A stretch of 64,000 nucleotides of DNA, from NCBI GenBank assembly GCA_020536535.1, contig JAHLWZ010000828.1, positions 1 to 64,000 on the forward strand, in the 5' to 3' direction. The first letter of the stretch is position 1; the number at the start of each line of letters is the position of its first letter. This DNA comes from Pelomyxa schiedti (taxonomy: Eukaryota; Protista; Evosea). Positions 23,299 to 35,187 of this stretch are shown one piece after another. The notes beneath the pieces are model-generated. The model saw only the letters and a list, made by a program, of their open reading frames with translations, did not search any database and was not told where the DNA came from. A program made the position numbers and the translations under genes.

Positions 23299-24757
23299 AT
23301 GGCGGCTACTAGACCAACAGGGACGGGTGGGGGACAGGTTGTGGAGCATGTGGTTGGTACGGACGTCTGTTTCCACGAAGCACTGCCCGAGGGTCGTGTG
23401 CGGTGCCTCGTGTGCTCTCACCAGTGTGTGATACCCCCAAATGCAACTGGTGTGAATGCCATCTTTTTTTTTTTTTTTCCCCTTTTCCTAAAACTTCGTT
23501 AGGTATTTGCTGTGTGAGGAAGGTTGGGAGCCTTTAGTCTTTCTTATAGTTTTATTCCCCTTGACTTACGATAATATGTAACAATACCGTAGAATGAGGG
23601 TGGGTCTCTGAGATTAGTTGTGTATGGTTCTGCCAAAAACGCTAATGGCCATGACCCAATTGAAAAAAAGCCCGTAAGTTTGTTGGAAAGTTTGATGATT
23701 AGTTAGTTATGCCTGAAGCTCTATCACGTTTTGCCGGGATCCAGAACCTTCTCTGTAGCCACAGTTGGATGTAACTTTGCTTGTTCTTTCTGCCAGAACT
23801 GGGATCTAAGGTGAGAGTGCTCTCTCTGAAATTTCCTACTTAGATGATTCCGTAGTCAATGTGCAAAGGAATTAAAGCTGCAATTAGCGCGTGAAAACAG
23901 AACTGAAATGCTTGATGTTGAGGTATCCAGTATGGGCTATCATCTCCTTCCTGCTGAACTGGTTGCTAGAGCACAAGCTGTAAGCAACCTGAACATTCCC
24001 AACTCACAACTTACAACGTAAAGGCCAATGTCAAAGTCATGGCTTTCACTTACAACGAGCCCACAATATTTTTTGAGTACGCACTGGATACAGCTGCTAT
24101 TGCCAAAGCGAAGGGGATTAAGTGCATATTCAAGAGCAATGGTTATGAGAGTGCTTTGGCCGTGTCAAAAATGGTTGGGCTCATAGATGCTGTCAATGTT
24201 GACTTGAAGTCTTTCCGTGATGAATTTTATCGAACTCTATGCAAAGCCAGAGTGCAGGTTGAGATTTGGTGTTCAAACATTCAAGTATAAAATATAACAA
24301 AGCCAGTGCTCGACACTATTGCGCGTCTGAAGAGGGCGGGAATCTGGGTTGAGGTCACAACCTTGATAATCCCTGGAGAGAATGACAGCGACGAGGAGGT
24401 GAGGGCAATTGCAGATTTTATTGCTAGCGTGGATCCCAACATCCCCTGGCACATAACTCCCTTCCACCCAGATTACCAGGTAAAAAGCTCTCCCCAATGC
24501 CAATCCTCAATGATCACCAGATGACTGATAAACCACGCACGCCTATTTCCACGCTGACACGAGCGGGAGACATAGCAAGGGCCGCCGGACTGAAGTTTGT
24601 ATACAACAGGGGCGCAGGAGGCAATACTTTGTGCAGTGGGTGTCACTCCGTTCTGATTTCGAGAGAAGGTTTTCAGGCCTCAGCCACTGAGACATTTGAT
24701 TCCAATTCCGGCGTATGTCGCTCTTGTGGGGCACATATCCCTGGCGTGTGGTCCTGA
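23299..24757 (+). CDS. AmmeMemoRadiSam-type radical SAM enzyme (PFL-activase-like), multi-exon
   Basis: VRCLVCSHQC, HDPIEKKP|LYH, GCNFACSFCQNW (CxxxCxxC, 23767-23802), AFTYNEP, NVDLKSF, WVEVTTLIIPGEND, PWHITPFHPDY, TLCSGC...CRSCG. Confidence 0.88.
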
Positions 24758-24835
24758 CCCAGACTTACGAAACAGCCTTTTGTTTTTTTAAAAAAAGAGT
24801 TATTTATTCCAAATAAAACCAACAAAAAAAACGAA

Positions 24836-25989
24836 ATGGCGGCAATAGATAGTGGCACAACAGCACAACCAGCTATTGTGGCCCTAGAGGCCACTGCACA
24901 CCATTGCACTGTCGTTGCTGACGATGGTCTTGTACAGCTCAACTCCCTTTTTTTACTTGGCACTTACTGAGGCACAGTGCACATTGCACTATTGGGTTTA
25001 TGGCACAGGGCCTAGTAGGTTGTTATTGATTGAGGGACTGGAAGGAGCACACTATGGATGGGAAGAGGTTTGATTCCCTTTGTGTTTTATTGTCAACACC
25101 TACACTCTGGTGTGCTAGTTTTAACAATGTACCTTTTTTGCTTCTCATTAACAACTTGTGTTTGTTTTTCTTGTGTGATCCACTACATGCACCAGCAAAT
25201 CGTTTTCTTTTGTAATTTAAGAGATAGTGGAGGGGCTCCTGTCTTCTCTGTTATTGGCATGGATAACCGAGGAATTGGGAGATCAACAGCCACAGCCGGG
25301 CCTTATACTACCACAATGCTTGCAAAGGATGCTGTTTGTGTGCTAACCGATTGTGGATGGTGGAGCTCTGGCAGTATTCACGTTGCAGGCTTCTCGATGG
25401 GGGGAATGATTGCCCAGGAATTATTCGCAATTGATCCCATGAAGTTCCTCTCTGTATCACTTGTGGCTACTTCAGCAGGGGGCGGATACTTCTGGTCATC
25501 ACTGCCTACACTTTCCGGTATTCTGGCTGTCGTGAAGATGAGTGCGGCATCTTCCCCAGAGGAGAAAAGGAGGCACCTTATCTCCATGATATTTTCTGAG
25601 CGCTTTATCGCCGAAAATAAGGTATGCAACTCAAATTAACACACAACACCTCATATTCCTTTCAGGAGCTCGTATGGAGAAAGATAACGAACAGAGAGAA
25701 GCTAAACGGCCCCATAAACCCAATGGGATCCAAGGGACAAACAGACGCCGTACTACACCACAATGCACTAGAAAAACTCGTCAACGCTGCCCACAAGAAT
25801 CCGGCCACTCGGATACTTATATTATGTGGTTCTGCTGATATTGTTGTTCCACCCGGCTGCTCTCAAAAAATGCACCAGGCACTAGGGAAGGGGTCTAGAT
25901 TGGTTATTATTCCTGGGGCTGGGCACCACATCAACGACGAGTGTATTGAAGCTGTAAACAAAGTTCTATTGGAAACAATTACAGGATAG
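24836..25989 (+). CDS. Alpha/beta hydrolase fold protein
   Basis: DNRGIGRS, HVAGFSMGGMIAQE (GxSxG nucleophile), GSADIVVP (Asp), GAGHHI (His). Confidence 0.9.
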
Positions 25990-26084
25990 AAACAAGGAGT
26001 TTTCTTCTTTTTTTCTTCTCTTTTGCCATACACTACTTATAAGCCAGGGTCAAAATTGATAAATTGGATTTACACTCACACTAT

Positions 26085-27413
26085 TCACACAGACTCCAGA
26101 AGTAACCTCTTCACTCTATCTTTTGCCCCAGCATAGCCCTCATCAGCAGCTAGCTTGTAGAACCTTGATGCCTCTCTTAGGTCCTTCACAACACCCCCTT
26201 TTCCAGCTTCATGGGTTACCCCAATGCTGTAATATGCAGCAGCTAAACCCTGGGATGCTGCCAGCCGGTATAACTTAACAGCTTCTCTGATGTTGCAAGG
26301 TAGTCCACCCTCCCCGTTCTCATAGCAAATTCCGAGGTTTCTTTGTGCCCAAGGATGTGAGTGATCCGCTGCAAGCCGGTACAGTCTCACGGCATCGGCT
26401 GTACTCTTGGGCAGTCCACCTTTTCCATACTCATAACACAATCCCAAGTTATTCTGTGCCCTTGGGTGCCCTTGGTTTGCAGAGAGTGTGTAGAGCCTTA
26501 CGGCTTCATTGTCATCAACTTGCAGGCCTCCTTTTCCGCGCTCATAGCAGAATCCCAGGTTGCATTGTGCTCTGGGGTGCCCCTGTAATACAGCGGCGCG
26601 ATATAGCCGAACTGCTTCCACTACATCCTTTACTAATCCACCACTCCCACTTTCATGGCATACGCCCAAGCAGCATTCCGCTTCTGCTAATCCTTGGGCT
26701 GCGGCCATGGTGTACCACTTGACAGCTTCTGTTGTATCCCGCTTCAGGCCCCCATCTCCATTCTCATAGCAAATCCCCAAATTGCATTGAGCACCAGCAT
26801 GTCCCTGAGAAGCGGCAATGCGGTACAATCCCACGGCTGACGCGGTGTCCTTTTCCATGCCCTCACCTTGGTATAGGAAGAAGCCAAGGAAATTCTGTGT
26901 TGCGGGGTCTCTGTAGAGAATTGCTATGCTAAGAAGCCAGACTGCTTGAGGCAGATTGACAGGAGAGTTTCCTGCTCCAAAATAATGCATCCTCGCCAGT
27001 AGAAGTACAGCAACTTTTGCAATCACCAATTCAGTAGTCAGCTCCAAGGGTGGTTGGTTGGAAGAATCCACATTAATAGCATTTATTGCTGCAGACTTTG
27101 CAGTAGTAGTGGGGGACGGAATAGGCATACATGCAAGTGGGAGAAGGGGACTTGCCGCCCTCTCCATGATTGAAGTTGTGTTCTGGAGGACTAAGGGTGA
27201 ACACGTTTGTATTTGCTTTTGCCACATAGATTTGGTAGTCTCGCGGCCTTCTTCAGGAAAGAGACTTGGTCTGTATCCACACATGCTTTGCATGAGAAGG
27301 ATTGCGACAAGATTGTAGCTCCTAAGTGTTGAGGTACCATACAGTGACATGCAAATTTGGTAGCACTCTTCCAATTTACCTTCACCATATAGTTGCATTG
27401 CCTGAAGAGACAA
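26085..27413 (-). CDS. Intronless Sel1-like repeat protein (six regular 37-aa repeats plus divergent ones)
   Basis: GHAGAQCNLGICYENGDGGLKRDTTEAVKWYTMAAAQ-type repeats in one 442-aa ORF. Confidence 0.93.
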   Translation of the reverse strand: MSLQAMQLYGEGKLEECYQICMSLYGTSTLRSYNLVAILLMQSMCGYRPSLFPEEGRETTKSMWQKQIQTCSPLVLQNTTSIMERAASPLLPLACMPIPSPTTTAKSAAINAINVDSSNQPPLELTTELVIAKVAVLLLARMHYFGAGNSPVNLPQAVWLLSIAILYRDPATQNFLGFFLYQGEGMEKDTASAVGLYRIAASQGHAGAQCNLGICYENGDGGLKRDTTEAVKWYTMAAAQGLAEAECCLGVCHESGSGGLVKDVVEAVRLYRAAVLQGHPRAQCNLGFCYERGKGGLQVDDNEAVRLYTLSANQGHPRAQNNLGLCYEYGKGGLPKSTADAVRLYRLAADHSHPWAQRNLGICYENGEGGLPCNIREAVKLYRLAASQGLAAAYYSIGVTHEAGKGGVVKDLREASRFYKLAADEGYAGAKDRVKRLLLESV

Positions 27414-27430
27414 TAACTCTTAAGTGTTGA

Positions 27431-28503
27431 TCAGATTTTAAATAAAAGAGGGTTTGCAGAGGGCTTACCTGTATCTTCACAACAGCCAACCCCCATCATC
27501 GGCCCTTGACTGCAACTTTGAGTTGGTGGTATACTGGATTGTGTTGGTAGCCCTGGGTAGGTGTCGTCAATCTCCCTAAGGCCCACAACTAAAGCACCAC
27601 TCTGTGAGTTGTGTGACACTGACGTTATGAGAAGTGTGCACGGTGCAAGAAGTACAGAGCTCCTGGGTCTCCCCAGTTGAGATAATAATCTGGCATGAGA
27701 ACATGAAATCACAAATATGATGCCGTTCTTAGGGGGCTGTATGCGATGAGAATAAGTAAGTCTGAGCAAGTGGTCACCTGCGCAGAAAGCTGGCCACTGT
27801 CATGGGTTGTAGTACAAGTTGTAAAACAGTGCCATACCAACTTTGTCCCAACAACAAATGAGCCATTGGGAGGCATTACACTGGGAAATACACACTTGTA
27901 CACAACACCATTGTTTTCTTTCCATACATCTAGACTGCATAACGCCGATTCCAAGTGAAAAACAAAGTGCAACCAGGCACTTCGAAGTTCGTTTTGTTGT
28001 GTAGCTTCCACTTGCCAGTCGTGTGACAACAAACAAAGATTGATTTTGTTGTACACCTTGTTGGCCTCTTCAACACCAGTACCATAACTATCTGTATGGT
28101 TTATTTTTTTAACATGCATTAGTACATACTGCGAGTATTAACATTATTTAACCTACATAATAAGTACATCGCTTCCCCAACATACCATAAGTGTAAAAGA
28201 GTAAAGCGAGGGCGGGTTCACGACCCATAATAGTCATAGCATAGGCTAAAGCAGGGGGGTTGCTGGTCACATACAGCCCCAACTCAGCCACCACGTCCGC
28301 ACAACTCCACTCCCTCGCTGTCTCCTGCACTCCCCCCGCCTATGTTCTCTGTCACCTCTCATGCGAAAAAAACAGCAGACAAAAAGAAAAAAAAAAACCC
28401 CACAACATACCCTGAAGTTGCTCGGAAATAATGTCTTTGTGTCAGAGATGGTGCCGCCTATGGGCACCAGCGCGTGCGGCGGCAGTAGCCACTCGTCTAG
28501 CAT
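27431..28503 (-). CDS. Uncharacterised multi-exon protein
   Basis: Spliceable coding-like segments (MLDEWLLPP...SNFR|AGGVQETAREW...LLFYTY|DSYGTGVEEANK...). No family recognised; boundaries uncertain. Confidence 0.4.
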
Positions 28504-28604
28504 CTTGTCATCGAATTTCAGGGTTTTGATGGGTGAACGAAATTCATGCCAAACAAAAGCAGAGAAAACTACAAAACATTTTTACAGGAGTAACATCAAA
28601 ATTG

Positions 28605-31099
28605 TTAAAGTAGCGACTGTGGCTGTGATTGTGGCTGCTGCGGTGGTGGTTGTGACTGTGTCTGATCGGCCGGTACTCCTGTGGTGGTGGTGGATATCTT
28701 GGGTCTCTTTGGTGGTGGTGCTTGGGCTTGGGTTTGGGTTTGGGTCTCGTTGAGAACACCTTGGGTTGAGTTAGCTGTATTGACTTGTTGGTTTCGGGCT
28801 ACACACTTCTTGGTGCAAAAACAGGAGGTGCCATGGGAAGGTTACTCGTGGAGCCTTCTTCATCAGAGCTTTCGTAGGTCCCTAAGTCGTGGAGTTACTT
28901 GGGGAAAGACTAAATGTGTACAACTTGGATCAAGGTCTGAGGCATCTTGTCTGTTGTCGAGTACTACTGCACCTTGGTTCGTGTTTGGTACAGCTTCTGA
29001 CACAACATGAGTGTCAGAATTAAGCGGCTCCTGGTGCGATGCAATCCCGCAACCATTTGTTGAAGCACTAGCTACCGAACCATAAACATCGTCGTCATCC
29101 TTATCCTCATTAGCATCATCAACCTCATCCTCTTCTTCTTCCGAGAAGTAGCCCAAGGTGCAATCCGTTTCATATTGCTGTGTGGAATAAGATTTGGACA
29201 GTAAAGAACTAAAGAGATACTGGAGGTGGGTCGGGTGGCACTGAACCCTGAGCCAACTTGAGGTGATGCAAGATGCAAGACCGGATTTCTTCAAGGAACT
29301 GACGTGTGTTAAGGTTACTCATTGTCTGGCTTGCTGGAATGTGAAGCAGAAAGTCCGGAGAAAAATATTCCAGGTACTCGTTGTATGGGAGCTCTGCACA
29401 AAGTGACGATAAAAAAAAAAAAGATGGAAAACGTACCACCTTGTGGTAGTTCAATTCCGAGTGCCACAGCTGTTTCGTTGCACCAACACCTACAACAAAA
29501 ATTAAACATAAAATGGGTGGGGGAAGGGGGAGGAAAAAAAAAAGTACCTTGCAACATTTCTAATTGTATAGCCACCACCTCCTACAAGAAGAAGTGGGAC
29601 ATTAAACGACTTGACAAATTTGACACAATTTGCGTGACCGCTCAGACTCAAATTGAAACACCCAAGTCTGTCTCCTGTTAGGGAATCGGCTCCACACTGC
29701 ATCACAATAGCTCCTGGCCGATACGTGTCCATAATTGTTTGTATGATCTACTATTTGTTACATGTACTTGTGGGAATGGAGACTATACAGGTTTAAAAAT
29801 GCTTTCATAACTCTCATCTGTGATACCGTCCTTCAGAGGGGCGTTGACTGCAAAGTACTTGCCTTCTCCAGCCCCAAAATCCTGGTGGAAGAAAAAAAAA
29901 GAGTTGAATTTTTACAAAATTTTAATCTCGTAGGTTACTTACAGAGATATCACCTGTGCCAGGAAAGTAATCACCTAGTAGTGCCACTAAATTATATGTA
30001 GAAACTGGGGTAGAATACCAAATTTGTGGAAACTGACTGTCATTACTCGATTTGTTGTATAAAAAGCTTCTTCCACACCATCTCCTAACCATTTGTTAGC
30101 AGGATGAAACAGGTGCAGGAATGAACCATGATGAACATCAATATCAATATATAATACACGAGCATGGAATCTACGCATTTAGTTAGCAGGAAAGATGCCA
30201 CATGGGGAAAACTTGAGGAGTTCAAGGATTGCTAGAACAATATCATTGACATAGCAAAACTAGATTTGTTTTTCAGTCATGAGATTTTATACGAGCAAAT
30301 TACCCCGGAAGCCTCAGATTTCTTTGCATGATGGAGACCTCCAGCCCAGTTTATACATATGTCTGCAGCACCTTGATTTAATTTCATGGCACCACTAATG
30401 GAGCCCCCTGCTGCAATTTGACATAACTGAAATAGGCCATCAAAGATGGGGCAGTCCTCTCCGACATTAACTGCCATGTAGGTTAGAAGGCTTGATTCAT
30501 GTAACTTTTTCAGCTTACAGTTTTGAAGTTGGGAACTGTAATCTGAAGAGTTTTCTAAGGTGATATTTTTGAGGAAATCCTGTAGTCAAGTCAGAGGGAG
30601 TTAAAAAGAATTCGCGAACAATATATTCGTCAGAATGAAACTTGGTCATTTGAAGAGAGGTTGCTCTCCACGGTCGCTGAAATTGTTTAGCTTCAATTTG
30701 GAGGGGAAGAGCCGTACAACTATGGACATCTTTCTGTACATCCCATAGTGCAGCAGCAGATTGTGTGTCATCCTGATTCGGTGTGGTTTCATTGGGTGTC
30801 CAGTTCCATAGCTTAGGCAGTGAGATATAGAAAAGCAAGCAAAGGAGCATACTAAAAGTTACCAATGTCACCTGCATAAGTTGCGAAGTGAATAAAAACA
30901 ACCAAAAAAAAAAAAAACACCAACCATCGTAAAAGTAGCAAACACGTTGCTTTTGGTCTTTAGATACGTGGGACGCGTCGTAAATGAGAGCGTGGCCGCC
31001 GTCACTCGTTATCGTTGTATGCGTTGCGACCGCAGTCGCCATTGCTCCCCCCGACGTTGTCGCCGCCGGCGCACTCGCAGGTGTTGCACCCGACAGCAT
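28605..31099 (-). CDS. HDAC1: Class I histone deacetylase (HDAC1/Rpd3-like) with an acidic, low-complexity C-terminus
   Basis: [56 protein letters not shown]|[37 protein letters not shown]. The 3' end is ambiguous (28863 or 28605). Confidence 0.95.
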
Positions 31100-31315
31100 C
31101 ACCAAAGCCCCACTAATTTTACTTTTTGTCCCATCTCTTATCTGCAGCACCCAAGTTGCATAATTTGTTTTTCTGTTGAGCCGGTGTGGCGAGTGCCTTT
31201 TGAAGAGCTAAAGCACTAATGGTGACTAATTGCCGCTATGGTGCTAAACAACAGATAAAAATAATAGAATAGCGCTTCCCCTTGATCATACGCGACACCT
31301 CGCCACAGCCGGTGA

Positions 31316-33040
31316 TCAGTCCAGAACCTCGTCGAGGAAACGGATGGTCGGGCCACAGAGATGGGGCGGAAGAGGGACATCGGCAGGGTGCTCACGCATT
31401 TTCATCCAGTCTTGCTCATACCGGAACGTATACTCGGTCCCCGTGTCAGCTTCACTAGGCTTGTGTAGCATGATGACTGCAGTGTCAGAGGATGACAGGA
31501 CAAGCATAGGGAACCAGCCTAGCCACGGAAGCAGACAACTCATGACTATTCTTGGCATTAGGAGCGGAAGGAATGTGAAAAAAGGGGGGCGTACTCCCTC
31601 CGACTATGAGTGGTTTTTCTGGAACCTTTCTGATCTCTCTCCATCCAGCAGGGTCGAACCACTGACTTTGTAGATAGGCTTTCCACTAGGAGCAAAATTT
31701 AGATGTGCCAAATAGGAAAGTTTCATACTGGCAGGAAAGTGGCTGGTGTTTTTTTAAATACGGCTGTTGTTGGCACTACCATGCCAGTTGACGCAGTTTC
31801 AGTGTGCGGCCATAAACGATGGCAGTCATTGTATATATGTATCCATTCGTTCCATTTGTTGCTCCAGCCCTGAACTTAGGGTTAGAATTGATCTTGAATT
31901 AAAGTTAAAAGTAGAATAACCTCGTAATGAATCAGAATTTGTTGTTTATTTTTGCTGGTGTCTATAATTGTACTGCCATACCATTTATCTTGGGAGTTAA
32001 GGGATTTTGAGTTAAGTACTATAAAAGTGTTGAAGGATACCCACGGTGTCCATCACTAACTTTGCAGTTAGAAAACTAACAATAGTCTTGGATTACCCTC
32101 GAGTGTTTGGCCGATGCGGGGATCAACCAAAATGAAGTGTTGGAATTGCAGTACTCGCAAGGGCAACTGGAATTTAACCCACTCAGAATAGTCTTCAGAT
32201 AGAGTCTCATGCGTTTCACCAGCACCAAAACCCTCATGGGGTGTTTCTCCTTCAGACCCAATGGAATGAGCCAAGAAAGAGGATAAAGTAAAAGATACTC
32301 AGATGAGCCAGCACTTCCTTCTGCTTTTGAGCAAAATCCTGGCGACCTGCCCTGCAAGAAATATTAAAGTTTCCAGGACATCGTTTCGAGCTAAATATCA
32401 AAATTAGATGGAAGGAAAGGTTGATATTCCTATACCCGCTTGTTGGAGAGACTGGTTCCTTTCGGTTATCATGCCAAAAAATGACGGGTGAAGTCTTAGT
32501 AGAACCATTATCTAGAGAAAAGGAAGAATCCCGAGGAGTCGCAGATATCAGTAAGAGAAAGTGCTCATCCTGGCCGCAATTTAAGAACAGGGCAAAAAAA
32601 TAGGTGAACAAACCTTTGCACAGACCCTCAAAATGCCTTTAGGATGGCTCGGAAGTTCTACCAGCTCCCCCACACGCGGGAATTCATGCAGCCTCCTAAA
32701 ACTCCTCCTCCATCCAAGGATGGTGATTTCACTGAATCCGTGATACTATCAAAAAGAAAGAAAAAACGTAACGTGGAATGGGAAAAAAAAAAACATACAA
32801 AGAAGCACAAGTAACGCCACACGTCCTCAGTGTCCAGAGTGGTCTTCATTGCCTTAGACATGTTCATCAGCATCACTGCGTCGTGCCACGATACGTATGA
32901 CAGCAATGGCACGAAACACTCCCCTATAAGCTGCGAAATCGGCCTCGTCTCCGTGTTAACTTCGCCCACTGGAAACACTCAACATAAGCATAACTTGCGT
33001 TGACATAGTCCATACCGCGGGTTTCGCCCTCGATGGCCAT
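31316..33040 (-). CDS. F-box protein with a C-terminal MBT/Tudor-knot-like barrel
   Basis: LIGECFVPLLSYVSWHDAVMLMNMSKAM...VWRYLC (F-box-like); spliced PRIGQTLE|VMDTV|DKWYGSTIIDTSKNKQQILIHYE|GWSNKWNEWI (MBT/chromo-barrel-like). Confidence 0.6.
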
Positions 33041-33159
33041 TGAATCACCCATCTTCGAGGTTTCCTAACGCCTGCAGTTTTGATGTTCAAGATCTTCGCC
33101 GAACATGTGTTTTCGGCACTCGTACGGGTCCCTGCCAAATACCAAGGTTGGGTCGTCTG

Positions 33160-34130
33160 ATGTCGAATATCTGCTTCTACTGTTTCAGGGACTTTGGTGA
33201 TGATGCAGCGCAGATGTGCGGCCACCTGGGGTCGTGCAAGGCTAGTCTGTTGCGCAGCAAGGCTGATGTGTTGATCACACGGCATGGCAAACGGCAGGTA
33301 GGTGTGTCTCCGTGCTAGTTGTTTTATTGGGAATCGTGTAGTGCCAGTGATGGGGTGGTTGCTTGGCTTTTCTTCTGAAGAGTATCCAATATTGATCACG
33401 TATAGACTTGTTCAATGCCTTGAATGTGGATGATGTACCTGGCAGTGCCGCCACTAGACTTGAGACAAGAAAAGGGGTTATTTATCTTGGTTCTTTCTCT
33501 TCAGCCAAGGTATTACTTGCCTGTTCTACTGCTGCAGAGTTGAAATATATTGCGTGTATTATTAGGACACTGGGTTTTTGCAAGTCCGTGATGTGAGAGG
33601 AGTTCTCAATGTCGCGGGCGACTGCCTGATAACAGCAAAGGTTGTGGTGACTACGATGCTCTCTGAGTGCTGACACATGTTTAGATTAGCGGGCTTTATG
33701 ATCATTTGTCAATAAAATGGCTCCAGCTTCCTTGTGACGATAGAAAAGACTTCCCTCTTGACACGTTTTTCACCCAAGCTTTTACTTTCCTTGGTTGCTG
33801 TTTCCTCTCGATTCTCAAAACCTAACAGCCACCAAACAACAAAAATCAGACACTATGCTGGACTCAGGGAATAATGTCTTGGTACATTGCAGTGCTGGCT
33901 ACAGCCGATCACCTTCCTTTGTTCTTGCATATCTCTTGCACTCACACTGCTACCCAACTCTGATGGAAGCGTTTGAATTTGTTGTTTCCAATAGGCACGT
34001 CTGCCCCAATTTGGGGTTTCTGGAGCAACTTATAAATTGGGAAAATACAACCACTGGCACTAATTCCATCACCATGGCCGCAGCCCATGACATGCACCCC
34101 GAGTGTGTGCATAGACTGGCCTTAACATAG
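33160..34130 (+). CDS. Dual-specificity protein phosphatase with an N-terminal C2HC zinc-finger-like motif
   Basis: CFYC...GHLGSC; IYLGSF; GVLNVA; VLVHCSAGYSRS (HCxxGxxR); CPNLGFLEQL. Confidence 0.88.
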
Positions 34131-34164
34131 GAAAAAAAACAACTGTTTATCTTGATTTTTCGTT

Positions 34165-35078
34165 TCACCTCCTCTTTGTGTTGCTCTTCTTAGAGTCTTT
34201 TGCGTTACGTGCCAAGATGACAAGAACCCTTACAAAAATATTCACAAAGTCTGCAGGAATGTTAAGAATTGGCGATGGAAAGAAGCAAGGATTACCAAGG
34301 AAAAGGGAAAGGGCATGACCAATAACATCATAATTACCACTGAAAGCCCGCTCGATGATGAGCTGAGTGTCAAACACGACGAATCCACAGAAGAGAAGTA
34401 AGCCAAAATAGAGCTCCGGCCCAAAGAGTCCAGGTCCGAAGATAAACCTCACAAGTGGCATCAGCAGGAGAAGTGTGAGGCCACTTGACAATACTCCCTG
34501 AAGGTAAAAAGATGATCTTCGGCGTGCATAAAATGCTGACAGAGAAAAGCACCCAAACACAGCAACAGTGCCAAGAAAAGCCACAGCCAAAATTCTACAA
34601 AGAAATATTCATTAGAAAACAAAACTAACAAAGAATGAAACACCCACTGTGGAGCAACTGCCAAAAACAAGTTAACAAGCGGCCCCAAAGATGATCCCAT
34701 GAAGAACCCTTCTCCGAGCAACAGGCCCAATCTAGCAGTGAAATCAAGTGAGTGCCTTGTCGATGCAATAGCCATAGTGAACGCCAGTGCTCCAAGGAAA
34801 GAAAACCAATGAGGCAATATCTTTGTTGTGTTGGTAAATTCAGTCATTTTCGACATTTCCAGAAAATATTATAGTAGAACACACATTGAGGAAAGCAGCC
34901 CCCGCTGCTATCGCGACAGTACCAGACAAGCACAAATACACATTCACCAGGTGCCGCGACACCCTCTTGTCTCTATGCAATAAGATCAAAAAAAAAAAAA
35001 AAAAGCAATTAGGGACACGCACAAGTCACCAGTCTCGAACAACGCTGACGTGTTCACCTTACGAAATATATTCTCCAT
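34165..35078 (-). CDS. BI-1: Bax inhibitor-1 (TMBIM6)
   Basis: HLVNVYLCL, GSSLGPL, AFLGTVAVFGCFSLSA, VFDTQLIIERA, HALSLFL|DFVNIFVRVLVIL, basic tail. Confidence 0.92.
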
Positions 35079-35187
35079 TGTCCTTACGCGTCTCTTTACC
35101 GTTGGATAAAAAAAACAAAATTGGTTTGACGGGTTGGCTTTTTCTTTTATATCCTTGTCAGCAGAATCTAACCTAGCCTCTCTTACG

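Noticed and set aside
28148-28330. Weak resemblance to the PHAX RNA-binding domain (AMTIMGREPALALLFYT)
   Set aside because: The conserved RRTPGGVF motif was not found; too weak to call.
30840-30875. Apparent in-frame TAG in HDAC (possible readthrough or recoding)
   Set aside because: Resolved by a GT-AG intron after a 19-nt exon; I found no evidence for a variant genetic code or Sec in this window.
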